From: Williopsis jadinii
Taxonomy: Eukaryota
NCBI GenBank assembly: GCA_024346625.1
Contig: AP024665.1
Location: 620,001 to 684,000 of the forward strand
Direction: 5' to 3'
DNA: 64,000 nucleotides
Position 1 is the first letter of the stretch. Each line of letters opens with the position of its first letter. The notes below the pieces were generated by a model. The model was not told where the DNA came from. It ran no database searches and worked only from the letters and a program-made list of their open reading frames with translations. The position numbers and the translations under genes are program-made. Shown here piece by piece: positions 13,078 to 24,112 of this stretch.

Positions 13078-13588
13078 ATGTCATTAGAAGAACCAGTTCA
13101 AGACGTTGACGTCTCCATGAAAGACGTCATTGAAGAAGAAGAAGAAGAACAAGAGGTCTTGGACACAGAAAAGATTAAGATCCTTCCTGGTGCTACAGAA
13201 GATGGAACTGCAGCTTCTTTCCAAATTACAGAAGAAGACCACACTTTGGGTAACGCTCTCAGATACATAATAATGAAGAAGTGAGTACCACGTTCACCCT
13301 CTGAAGGATCGGCAACGGTCTTTGGCATTTTTGGAAAAAGATGTTCCGTCAACTTAATCCGTATACTAACACATGAACTATTCTAGTCCTGATGTTGAAT
13401 TCTGTGGCTACTCCATCCCACATCCTTCAGAGACAAAGCTCAACATCCGTATTCAGACGTATGGTAGCACAACTGCTGTGGAGGCATTCCAAAAGGGTCT
13501 TGCAGATTTGTCAGATCTCTGTTCACATATAGAGGATAAGTTCTCGGAGAAGATCAACGCTGCTGACTACTCTACAGAAGAGCCTTAA
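13078..13588 (+). CDS. RPC19: RNA polymerase I/III shared subunit AC19 (2 exons)
   Basis: Exons 13078-13280 and 13387-13588; intron GTGAGT...TACTAAC(13364)...TAG. Spliced product reads EEDHTLGNALRYIIMKNPDVEFCGYSIPHP. Confidence 0.97.
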
Positions 13589-13981
13589 GACCATTGCCAT
13601 CATCATAATCCTGTTACCAACCTAAACCCAAAATCTATAATCATTACCAACAGAAAAGTGAGAGGTATATAAAGGGAAAATACTGTACATTAATGCAATT
13701 CTAAATACTCATATTTACAACTGTAGAGCCCGCCTATAAATCTTCACATACAAATATACACAGTGCTTCTTACTCTGACACCCTAGAACGCAAATTAGGT
13801 GATATAGCTTAACAGTTCATGTTTTAATGTTGAACAGAGTGAACAGAGCCGAAGACAAAAAACCTGTAAAAAGCACTCCGAGGGCTTGAAAAAAAAAACA
13901 TTTTGGTGTGCAGCCTTTGCTGTCTGCTTCTCACATGACAAAGGGGAATACGAAATAACCGTAGATATTGGTAAAAAGACA

Positions 13982-15766
13982 ATGTCCTCTAGAACTCTGA
14001 AGGAAATTCTGGACTCTGAAAACGTTGGTGAAGACGCAGACGACGATAAACATTTGGCGGAAATTGACCTGGATGAGAGCGAGGAATCTAAAAGGGACCA
14101 AACCCTATGTTCCGAGTGCCAGGATATGCGTATAGAAGTCGAGTGTAAAGACTGCCAGGAAGGGTTTTGCGGTGGTTGTTTCCAGTTGATCCATCATGGT
14201 GGAAAAAGAAAGTCTCATGACTTTGTCAAGCTGTTTGACGATTCTAAGAAAGAGTCTGAAACCGCCAATGGTGACAAATCTGAGGATGCCGATGGAGATG
14301 TAGACGTTGGTGATGACGTTGAACCCGAGCCATCTTCAATCAATGAAAAGTTGATCCAGTCGATAAAAAGCCAGGTCAAGTTCATTCCTATGAGACTGAC
14401 ATACGAGGAACGCCACTTGTTACAGCTGTTGGAGGCGGCGCTGAGTGTATCAGAATACACCGATAAGGTTGATATACTATCATACACTTCCAAGTCAAAG
14501 CGTATAGTGGCCCAGTTGAAAGAAATGTGCTCTGTTTTGGCAGGTTTGGTTGTTGCTTCGAACTTGAAGATCGGCCAAGCTCTCATTCAAAACAAGAACT
14601 TTGAAGATAACGCTGAATGGTACAAATCTGTCTTTGAGATTGGAAGACGCTACAAGATCATGAACCCTGAACGTATGAGATCCACTTTTGGTAAGTTGTG
14701 CTATATGGTTATGGACTCAAGATTACCTGAGATTGAATCCCATATGGAGTTCCACTTGTACAAACCAATCAAAACCGTCTATTCCTATTTGAGCTCTAAA
14801 CCTGGCGATAATGGTAAAGCTCTACGGGTATTTGACGATGAGTTAATAATCTATGCTACTGCAGAGATTTCTCCAGTTGGCAAATCAAGATCACAAGTGC
14901 AGAGAGAGATCAAGACAAAAGAGAATGCCATTGAGAAGCTCTCTGCTAGGTACTCGTCGCCTATGGGGTTCTCAAAGGAGGATATTCGCCAAGTGTTGTA
15001 TTCCATTGGTGACTTCAACGCATACACACATTCAAACAGAAAACCAATCCTTAGATTCCTGGAAAGATTAGAGAGGTTCCAAGACCCTGCAATCGCCAAG
15101 GAGTTCAACCTTGGTATCCAGTACGGCAGATCTGGCTCGAGATTGACCCACGATCACCACAGACAGTTCGAATACGTTAAGCAGTCATTGACCTTGTGGT
15201 CTGTGATTCAGCGTGAAATGATTCATCTGTGGTCCATTGCAGATGACGATCTATTCAACGGATCACATTATAAACTTACATCCACTGGACAGGGGCTCCA
15301 TAGAGTGAAGGCGTGTCCTTCCCTGTACAAGGAGATGTACAGAATCATCGCAGAGTGTAAGAGCAAATGCTCCTCTTGGATCGGATCCTCGGTGGTTCAC
15401 TTGGGTGATGACGCTGTGCCAAACGCGCTCTTCTTCCTAGACAAGTATACGCAGGTGCCAAACATTTTGATTCCAATTGACCAGTGCTTGTTGAAGATCC
15501 CTGACCTAGACAAGGATCTCTTCACCAAGAAGTACATCGACGAGCAATTTGGTAGCAGCGAGAGACTACAGCTAACGATTCTTCAAGATGCGTTTGCACA
15601 CATGTTTGACGGTTCAGGTGCAGACAACTTCTACATGTCTGGTTCCTGTATCGATGGCCGTTTAACCAGCGCATGGAACCATACGAACCAAATAGCGAAG
15701 AAGCCTTACTACAACATCTTCCTGCTCACAGGCTTCATCGGTTTCAACGGTTCAGAAGGGTTCTAA
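13982..15766 (+). CDS. UPF0652/DUF2009 family protein with an N-terminal B-box-like zinc finger
   Basis: CSECQ..VECKDCQEGFCGGCFQLIHHGGKRKSH; IPMRLTYEER, FEIGRRYKIMNPERMRSTFGKL, GSSVVHLGD and GSCIDGRLTSAWN motifs. First ATG at 13982. Confidence 0.8.
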   Translation: MSSRTLKEILDSENVGEDADDDKHLAEIDLDESEESKRDQTLCSECQDMRIEVECKDCQEGFCGGCFQLIHHGGKRKSHDFVKLFDDSKKESETANGDKSEDADGDVDVGDDVEPEPSSINEKLIQSIKSQVKFIPMRLTYEERHLLQLLEAALSVSEYTDKVDILSYTSKSKRIVAQLKEMCSVLAGLVVASNLKIGQALIQNKNFEDNAEWYKSVFEIGRRYKIMNPERMRSTFGKLCYMVMDSRLPEIESHMEFHLYKPIKTVYSYLSSKPGDNGKALRVFDDELIIYATAEISPVGKSRSQVQREIKTKENAIEKLSARYSSPMGFSKEDIRQVLYSIGDFNAYTHSNRKPILRFLERLERFQDPAIAKEFNLGIQYGRSGSRLTHDHHRQFEYVKQSLTLWSVIQREMIHLWSIADDDLFNGSHYKLTSTGQGLHRVKACPSLYKEMYRIIAECKSKCSSWIGSSVVHLGDDAVPNALFFLDKYTQVPNILIPIDQCLLKIPDLDKDLFTKKYIDEQFGSSERLQLTILQDAFAHMFDGSGADNFYMSGSCIDGRLTSAWNHTNQIAKKPYYNIFLLTGFIGFNGSEGF

Positions 15767-15987
15767 AGGCTCAGCTCTTCACATATTGGATCAAAACAAA
15801 AGAAAATGTATAGAAAGGAGAGTGCCATTTTGTGTAGTTGTAGAAGGCTTTATCTCACCGCGATTTGCTTGTTCAATGTTTGTTTTTTGTCGCGTTGTGG
15901 CCTGTCGTTTAGTTCAACAACGCCAAAAACAACAACAAGACAACAAAACTACGGCGGCTACTTCAAAGAGGTCTCCGAAGAGCCAAA

Positions 15988-18255
15988 ATGAACTTCCTTG
16001 CTAGTGCAATAGGTTCTTTAACGGGATCATCGATACCTTACAACATTGGAGAGGAGCAGAAGCTCAGTTCAGAGTTCCCGCAGAGCATTTGGAAGGTGTT
16101 TGATGGAACAAAGAAGGTATGTACCGTGGGTCGCTTAGGGCCCCACTATGGGCCTGTTGTTGAGTATCCAATGCTAACTGATCAGCTATAGGACGATGGA
16201 AGCTGCTGCACCATATTTCAGAGAAACAAAGATGGCAGTGAACAAGATGCGTTGGCGCTGAATGCCCTTAGAAAGCTTAGATCAATGCGTCTGCCTGGTG
16301 TTTTGAAGGTGTTGGACACGTTTGAGATGGATTCTGTGCTTTACATCGTAACCGAACGTGTTGTACCATTGTGCGATGTTTTGAGAGCCGTGGAAACTGC
16401 TGATGAGATGCTCATACTGGTTACTTATTATGTTGCAAAGGCTGTTAAGTTTATCAATGTGGAAGGTGGGTCTGTATTGGGACAGCTATCACCAGCAACA
16501 GTGTACGTCACCAAATCAGGTGAAATAAGAGTTGGTGGGTTCGAAGTATGTACTAATTTGAGCAGCGATGCACAACAACCACTGTACAAGTCTTCATATG
16601 CTTTACCTGGGTTTAACGATTACCTTCCACCAGAGGTGAATGAAAAGGGAATCGATTCATTAAGAGGCAAAATGGCGCTCAAGTTGGACTCTTGGAGACT
16701 GGCGACTTTTATCTACACTTTGTTCCATAATGGTGATTACCATTTTGATATCAGTGAACTGGCCACTATGAAGTTGATTCCTAAAGGTCTTGCTGGTCAA
16801 AACTTCTCCAAATTGATCTCTCCGTCTCCAACGACAAGAGGTACAGTTGAACAGTACTTATCCAGAGTTTCTACATTCGATCACTCAGTGTTGATAAACG
16901 TTTATGAGCACTTGGATGAGTTCACTCTCAAATCAGAAGATGAAAAGATCAGACTCTTTGATTCTTTAGATAGTGTCAAAGCTGATGCCCTTCCAGGGTT
17001 TTTGGAATACAGGGTTATACCTGAATTGGCGCAGTTCTTCACACAAGCTCCAACACAAGCTGCGTTATCGTTGAAATATATCTTATCATATTCAGAAACT
17101 TTACCAAAGATTCCATTTGACTCATTGGTGAAGCCCATCATCTTGAAAGCGTTCACCATTCCAGATAGACAAATCCGTATGCTATTATTGGGGTTCCTAC
17201 CAAAGTATGTCGAAAATCTGACCAAAAATGATATTTCAGATCAAATGTTCAATTCATTCGTTACTGGATTTTCAGACTCCAATGAAGTGATCAGGGAGGA
17301 GACGATAAAGGCTGTTATCTACATTGCACCAAAATTAAGCGATCGCCAGTTGAACAACGAACTGTTGAGATATTTGGCTAAGACTCAAAGCGATCAAAAA
17401 CCTGATATTAGGACCACCACAACGATTCTTTTGGGTAAAATTGCGGAACATTTAAACAAGAGCTCAAGATCCACTGTTCTAGCGACTGCATTTGGTAAGT
17501 CTTTAAAAGATCCACATTTGCAATCCCGTCTTGCTGGTTTACTTGCTCTGTGTACATGTTTAGACTATTTTACACCAGATGTTATTGCCAATAAAATCCT
17601 GACGGTTATTGCTCCTAGTTTGTTGGACAGGAGTTCAAGGGTTCGTGACGAGGCACAGAAGGCTTTTGACATGTTCTTCAACAAGATTAAAGAGGAGGCC
17701 TCTAAATTGCCAGTGGATGCAGATGAAGCAGATGATACAGTTGAACAAGTTGCATCTAATGTCCAGAATTTTGGTCTAAACTTGAGTGGAGCATTTGCCA
17801 AATTGACTACAGGACTCGGTGGATCTTTAAACAACGACGTATCCAATGGTATCACGCCAGATCTAAGTAGAGCTGGCACGCCAAAAGTTGTTGAAACTTT
17901 CGAACAAACAACGTTTGGAAGAGGCGAACCATCTAAATCTAATGCTCAACAGAAGTCGTATTTCAACGACTGGGACAATGATGACATTGAGATCGATGCT
18001 GATGATGATGGATGGGGTGAGCCAGTTGAAAAGCCAGCAGCAGGAACCATCAAACCGGTTGTTAAACCAGTTGTTAAGCCAGTGGCTAAATCAAGGGCAC
18101 CTAAAGTGACCAATTTGGTTACGGAGGATACAAAATCTAAGCCAGTGGTTAAGCCAGCTTCCAAGGCCAAAGGCATGCAGCTTAAAAGCAAAAGTAAGTT
18201 GAAACTAGATCTAGATCTTGATGGTCAAGATGATGGATGGGGTGACGGATGGTAG
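15988..18255 (+). CDS. CEX1: SCY1-like pseudokinase/HEAT-repeat protein Cex1 (2 exons)
   Basis: Exons 15988-16116 and 16192-18255; intron GTATGT...TGCTAAC(16172)...TAG. Kinase-like N-terminus, HEAT repeats, acidic DDGWGDGW tail. Confidence 0.9.
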
Positions 18256-18322
18256 AGAATTCTCCCCCAGCCCACTACAATAAACTGTACAACCCGTACA
18301 TATTCATTAAACATGGAAAGCT

Positions 18323-18967
18323 TCAAGGACCCTTTATCTGTTGAAGTTCATTCAACTTCTTCGTATACTTTTCAATCTCCTGTCTGACTTTCTTGATTCC
18401 ATTCTCAATCCTAACAACTTCCTCTCTTTCTGTCTGTTTGCTGAACACGCTCTGCGTCTTCAACTCTGGAACCATATTACCCGGCTTCTGTGTCATTATA
18501 TGGAACAATTGTTCAGTTGGCTCATTAAACACCACTTCGTCGAACTGTATGCTTTCAACGTTCTTCTGCTCTTCAGTAGGCACGGCATTGAGAGGCAACC
18601 CATACGGGTGTAGTCTCAAGTGGTGATACAGCGACACATTCTTCTCGTTGGCTTCATTGACGAAGAATATCTTAATCCCGATCTCAAACTCACCCCAGCC
18701 GGTCTCCGTGACTTCAAACGGCGGAGACTCGATGGATCTCGTACTGTTGTTATAGGTGTCGTGCAGTTTAAACACAACCTTCTTGATGAAGTACGAGACG
18801 TCTTCACCGTACGGACCGCGAACAAACACCGTCCATGTATGGGTATGCTCTGATGGCGCATTTGGTGGCCTGTGCTCCGGATCAAAGGGCTTAGCTGTGT
18901 TGCCATACACTATGGGACGGCATATCGACAGCGTCTTTATTCTCTTTGATGAAGGTCCTGGTGCCAT
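18323..18967 (-). CDS. YAF9: YEATS-domain protein Yaf9 (NuA4/SWR1)
   Basis: HTHTWTVFVRG...KKVVFKLHDTY...PPFEVTETGWGEF. ATG at 18967. Confidence 0.96.
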   Translation of the reverse strand: MAPGPSSKRIKTLSICRPIVYGNTAKPFDPEHRPPNAPSEHTHTWTVFVRGPYGEDVSYFIKKVVFKLHDTYNNSTRSIESPPFEVTETGWGEFEIGIKIFFVNEANEKNVSLYHHLRLHPYGLPLNAVPTEEQKNVESIQFDEVVFNEPTEQLFHIMTQKPGNMVPELKTQSVFSKQTEREEVVRIENGIKKVRQEIEKYTKKLNELQQIKGP

Positions 18968-19174
18968 TTCCCTCCTACGGCTTTGATGCCTGGTGTTGTG
19001 TGGTAAAACACGCACACACAGAACGTATTGAGCACCGCGAAATGTTGAAGATCCCAGAGCAAATGCGGAAATGGAAAAAAAACACAACACCCTTACACCA
19101 CCTATAAACCTTAAAACTCGAGACACATCACCTGTGTGTGTCGAAGAACATTTACTCCAGGACGACGAGCAACG

Positions 19175-20266
19175 ATGACTCTCAAGACTATTTACATTGC
19201 TAGAGTGAGTTTTTCAGATCTCGTATTGCCATGTGATGTTAACTAACGTGTTTGATTTCCTTAGCACGGGTACAGATCTAACTGGTTACCCCCACCGCAT
19301 CCTAAGCCTGTGACAGGTATCGATGGTGATCCGCCGCTAGCGGAGCATGGGTTAGAACAGGCACAGGAGTTGGCCCATTACATTCTATCGATTCAACCAC
19401 AGCCTTCGATGATCTTTTCGTCGCCGTTTTACCGGTGCTTACAAACAGCGACGCCAATTGCGCAGCTGTTGGACTGTGATATCGTATTGGAAAACGGTAT
19501 CGGTGAATGGTATAAGCCAGATAGACCAACCATTCCAAAGCCTGCTGATTGCCAGATATTGTCCCAATGGTTCCCCAATCTGAAGGACACGTGGTCCCCT
19601 GTTCATTATCCATCTACAGACGGTGAGAACGAAGAGCAGATTATGAACCGTTGTAAGGTGTTCTTATCAAAGTTCATCCCAACGTTCGAGGAGAAGTATC
19701 CTGAAATCGAAACCGTTCTGTTTGTTACCCATGCTGCTACAAAGATTGCCTTGGGTATGTCACTCTTGGGATTCTCAAACGTTCGTGAAACCATTGACGA
19801 TGAGGATACAAGGTTAAGAGCCGGATCTTGTAGTTTGGATGAGTACCAGCTGGATAAGGAAGGGAAGTGGGAAATTGTCATGAATGGCAATTGTGAATTC
19901 CTCACTGAAGGAGAGGAGATGCATTGGGACTTTCTCAATGCACATGAAGCTGGCTCTGATGCTGATATAAAGGCAAGAGATAAGAGGAACAGCAAGAAGG
20001 CAGAAGGAGACGAAGAGGAGTACGAAGACGTTTATGTCACTTTAGATGTCCCATCGAACAATTTCAATACATCCACGATCCCTCCAACAGCAAAGCTACA
20101 AGTCTCAGGATTACATACAGAGACTCCTCTGTTCATGGTCAACAACGACGTTTATCAAGGTGATTGGAAGAACTTAGTTGGCACTGAAGTGGCATTCACT
20201 GAGGATATGGAAGAGAAGTACAAAGTCAGTGATAGGATTCAATTACACGACGTTAACCCGTCATAG
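19175..20266 (+). CDS. TFC7: TFIIIC tau55 subunit with N-terminal histidine-phosphatase domain (2 exons)
   Basis: Exon 1 19175-19204 (MTLKTIYIAR); intron 19205-19264 (GTGAGT...AACTAAC...TAG); exon 2 HGYRSNW...SSPFYRCLQTA...FVTHAA. C-terminal tau55 domain (VYVTLDVP...LQVSGLHTETPL). Confidence 0.88.
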
Positions 20267-20557
20267 ATAGGTTATAATAGTAATGATTTGATCTGCGTAA
20301 TGGACATTGGTGATGTATTAACAGCGAGCGAAGCTACAGCAGCGTGATATGCAAAACTGGTGATGTTCTGATAACCATCCACAGTCATGGCTGGTGGCAT
20401 CTGAAGGACAGCATAAAAGCCAGCGACGTGTACAACTTAGAGAAGACCTTAAACGGGATTGACCTTGAGTATCCAACTGGGGAGCTGGACTGAACCAGTA
20501 GAAAGCGAGTATTCGGTATAAGTGGTACAAATCGATGTGGATACAAAGTATACACAG

Positions 20558-21226
20558 TTGGAACCACTGTATCTTAAACTGTACAGTGCACTAACCCCAA
20601 TTGGACAAAGACTGTCTTTGATGTTACTACTGCTTAAGCTGGAGTACCAGCATAGGTCGTTCAAGTTGACTGGTGATGAATTGAAGCAATATTGGTAGTC
20701 AGGGATAGATCCAGATGCTTTTAACCCAGTGTAGATGGATGTTGATTCTCAAGGGAACAATGTGGCTGTAGATGAAAGCACAGTGTTTTTACAACACCTT
20801 GGTGAGAAGTACGATACAGAACAGTTGTGCCATCACGATCTTACTTCACCTTTGAGCCGGTAACAGACAGAGTGGATAGAGTACGATACTGCCAATTTTG
20901 CACGTACCCAGGTATATGATCCTGGTAAAGGGCTTGTTCCAAGGACAGACCCACCAGGAGGCAGAGAACAATACGAGATGTAAGAGAATGGTATTATCAC
21001 GGTTTAGAGCAATACAGCGACCTGAAACAACGGTTGGTTTGTAAGTGATGACCTCAACATTGCGGACATTACGATAATCACTAATGCTCAATTCATCACT
21101 CAGCACCAGGGGATAACCTTGGACTCGTACCCAGCTCTTAGGGAACAGCTCAAGAAGATACTAAGTAAGCCTGATATGCAAAAAGTACTTTTCCTTGACC
21201 AAGTAATTCATTCACCAATCGATTAA
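20558..21226 (+). pseudogene. Glutathione S-transferase (Ure2/YfcG-like) pseudogene
   Basis: One frame reads LKLYSALTPIGQRLSLMLLLLKLEY...DESTVFLQHLGEKYD...NNGWFVSDDLNIADI...GITLDSYPALREQLKKILSKPDMQK. In-frame stops at 20696, 20732, 20861, 20981, 21005 and 21023; no ATG at the aligned start (TTG). Confidence 0.8.
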
Positions 21227-21364
21227 TTAGTTCTTTAGAACAGGCAGATATATACGAGTTGTTCGCTCATAATCAGCGAACTATCGTTGTCAAACATTTT
21301 CAAAGAACGACAACCACTACAGCAACAACCACTACAGCAACAACCAGCATACATTATAGCTAAA

Positions 21365-22120
21365 ATGACCTTTAAACCCTTCAAACATCCTTTATTTGAC
21401 AAGCTGAATACGAAACGATTCATTCTTGCTTCCACCTCGCCTAGAAGAATTGAAATTCTCGAACAAATGGGGTTCAAGAACGTTGAAGTAATCCCATCCA
21501 ATTTCGAGGAGAATCTGAAGAAGGAGGACTACGAACCAAAAGAAGTGAGTGTAATCCCATTATATGGTGTTTAGCTGATTCCATGATTGCTAACAATCAA
21601 TCTCAGTACGTAAGACACACTGCTATAGGTAAAGCGCAAGCTGTTTATGATGATTTAGTGAGTAGTTCCGTATTAAGAGTGGTATGATCACTACTAACCA
21701 CATTTCACCCAGAAATCAAAGAATGAACATGAAAACACGGTTATATTAGCAGCAGATACTGTCGTTGAGCTGATGGGTGAGATCTACGAGAAGCCAATCA
21801 ACAAGGAACACCAGTTGAAGAACCTGAAACATTACAGAGATTGTGCCCAGCCTCAACATGTACTCACTGCTGTTGTTCTCCTCGTTGATGGCGAGATGGA
21901 CACCATGGTGGAGCAGACGAGCATATACTTCGATGAGACGTTGAGCGACGAATTCCTACAGAGCTACGTCGATACTGAAGAGGGACTTGGTGTTGCTGCC
22001 GGTTATAGAGTCCAGTTGAGAGGTGCCTTGATGATGAAGAAAATCGATGGTGATTACTTCAACTGCGTTGGATTACCATTTCACTCCACCTTCAAGCTCA
22101 TGGAAAAGAACATCTTATAG
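21365..22120 (+). CDS. Maf/YhdE-family nucleotide pyrophosphatase (YOR111W-like), 3 exons
   Basis: Exons 21365-21544, 21607-21657 and 21713-22120; both introns have GTGAGT donors and CAG acceptors. ILASTSPRR, ILAADTVV, YEKP and GDYFNCVGLP motifs. Confidence 0.9.
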
Positions 22121-22228
22121 AGCATAATAAATCTATTACTACAGTTTATGGATGTAGTACTCCAGTGTATAAAAACGAGATGGGTACTCATCAGTGTTGG
22201 CACAGCAACGATTTCGTGCTGCTCGAAC

Positions 22229-22253
22229 CGATGAGCTCTGGGAAAATTTTTTT
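22229..22253. promoter_or_regulatory. PAC plus RRPE motifs upstream of NOP15
   Basis: CGATGAGC followed by GAAAATTTTTTT. Confidence 0.65.
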
Positions 22254-22338
22254 GTGGGCTTTTCGAAACGTTTTTAGTTATTCTGTGTGTATGAAAGCGT
22301 ATAAAACCAGCGAAGTAGTGAAGAGGCAAGTGGTCAAA

Positions 22339-23112
22339 ATGGGTGTTAAATTAGGCAAGAAGACCGGTATCAAGCCAAAAAGAGACGTTCAAAGAAATGA
22401 GAAGGTGAAAAGTGTACAGAAGAAAGCACCAAAGGAAGAGGAACTCACCATTATTGATGTAAGTGAAGATGAGAGTGCGAGTGAGAGTGAGGATGCTGTG
22501 AATGAAGAAGAGGAGCAAGAGCAAGAGAACGAACAAGAGGACTCAGAAGAGGAAGGCTCAGAAGAGGAAGAATTTGGTGGGTTCTCCAGTACGGATGAGG
22601 AAGACTCAGAGGATGAGGAAGAAAACGAAGACGAAGCTGCACCAAAGAAGAAATCGAAAGAGTCACACGAGGTGAAACAACTCCCAAAGCAGTCTGCCCT
22701 ATCTACTAAAGAATCTAAAAAGTTGAAGAGAGGACTAATCTACATTGGTAGACTACCTGAGGGCTTTGAAGAGTCGGAATTGAAGAAATATTTCAGTCAA
22801 TTCGGTGATATCACGAATGTGAACGTTCCAAGAAGCAAGAAGAGTGGTAGATCCAAACATTTTGCATTTGTTGAGTTCGATAACGTTGACGACGCAAAGG
22901 TTGCACAGGAAACCATGAACAACTACCTATTGCTCAACCATCAGTTGAAGGTTAACTTGGTGGACGAGGAGTTCAAAGCTTCAAAGAAGTTCAAGAAGAA
23001 CTACTTCAGAGTGTCAAAGCCAAAGGAGGACCTCGAGACCCTCAACGCCAATGCCAACAAAAAGAAAGAACAGAGAAGAAAGGCCTTGAAGGATGCTGGC
23101 TTCGATTTTTAG
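22339..23112 (+). CDS. NOP15: Nucleolar RRM protein Nop15 (60S biogenesis)
   Basis: Acidic N-terminus; RRM with IYIGRLP and SKHFAFVEF...AQETMNNYLL. ATG at 22339; adjacent to CYB5. Confidence 0.9.
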   Translation: MGVKLGKKTGIKPKRDVQRNEKVKSVQKKAPKEEELTIIDVSEDESASESEDAVNEEEEQEQENEQEDSEEEGSEEEEFGGFSSTDEEDSEDEEENEDEAAPKKKSKESHEVKQLPKQSALSTKESKKLKRGLIYIGRLPEGFEESELKKYFSQFGDITNVNVPRSKKSGRSKHFAFVEFDNVDDAKVAQETMNNYLLLNHQLKVNLVDEEFKASKKFKKNYFRVSKPKEDLETLNANANKKKEQRRKALKDAGFDF

Positions 23113-23544
23113 AGCTGACCTTATAACTATATACGCCGCTGAATCGTCCCAGATCAAGATGACAAAACTTCCATTGACATTTCATTGGTGGAGAACCCAC
23201 TGACACATGTAGCACCGATATCTACGATTTCCCTAATAGGAAGTCAAGGTCCGCTTTACCGGAACAGGGGATTTTTCCATTGCGATTTGTCCCCATGGAT
23301 CCGCGAATATTTCCCAATGCGTGTAAAATATCCCCAACAAACCCTCCAAAGGCTACGGAACGAACAAAAACCACTTAATCGTTTGTGGGATTTTTTTTTT
23401 CTTTGGGAAAATTTGACGGGAATTTGGAATCTCGATTCATCACGAGCTGATAAAAGGGCCAAAAAAGTGAAATTAACATTATTCTCTTCTTCTTTTCTCA
23501 CCTTCCAAGTTTTATCCACAGAGCAATTCAACAAGCTTCCGAAG

Positions 23545-24112
23545 ATGTCTAGCACTACTACCAAGGTTTACACATTCGATGAGATTTCAAAGCACAACAC
23601 CAAAGATGACCTTTGGATGGTGATTGACGGTAAAGTTTATGACTGTACAGCCTTCCTGGATGAGCATCCGTAAGTGGTTATTCTGATCATTAGTTATTGT
23701 CACTCCAAATGGTTCTAATGGTGCTAACTTTATTAAAGAGGTGGTGAAGAAGTTATGACCGACTGTGGTGGTATCGACGCTACCGGTCCATTCGATGTAC
23801 GTTATAGAACGGCGTTTGCCTATTTGTTTTTTGGGCTTGCCTATCAGTTTCTGTCTCACCAGACGTGGACTGATTTCTTTTTGATAGGGACATGATACTA
23901 ACGTGGAATCTTATTCGTAGGATATTGGCCACTCTGAAGAGGCAAGAGAGATGCTCGAGCCAATGTTGATTGGTGTAGTTGACGGTCCATTGCCATCTTC
24001 ATCTGGTCCAGGCGCATCTGCAACCACTGGTGGTGAACAGAACGTTGGTTTGGTCATCGCAATCATCGTCTTGATCCTTGCCATCTTGGGCTATGTTCTC
24101 TTTGCCCAATAA
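23545..24112 (+). CDS. CYB5: Cytochrome b5 (3 exons)
   Basis: Exons 23545-23669, 23739-23796 and 23921-24112. Intron 1 GTAAGT..TGCTAAC..AAG; intron 2 GTACGT..TACTAAC..TAG. Spliced product has FLDEHPGGEE, FDDIGHS and a C-terminal TM anchor. Confidence 0.95.

Noticed and set aside
15876..15938. Imperfect inverted repeat upstream of CEX1
   Set aside because: Low-complexity T/G vs A/C tracts typical of nucleosome-depleted promoters.
20558..21226. Stop-codon reassignment or readthrough to rescue the GST frame
   Set aside because: All three stop types occur, and neighbouring genes use TAA, TAG and TGA as normal stops.
21311..21349. 15-bp tandem repeat CAACCACTACAGCAA upstream of the Maf gene
   Set aside because: Short 5'-UTR repeat without spacers; not CRISPR-like and no evident function.
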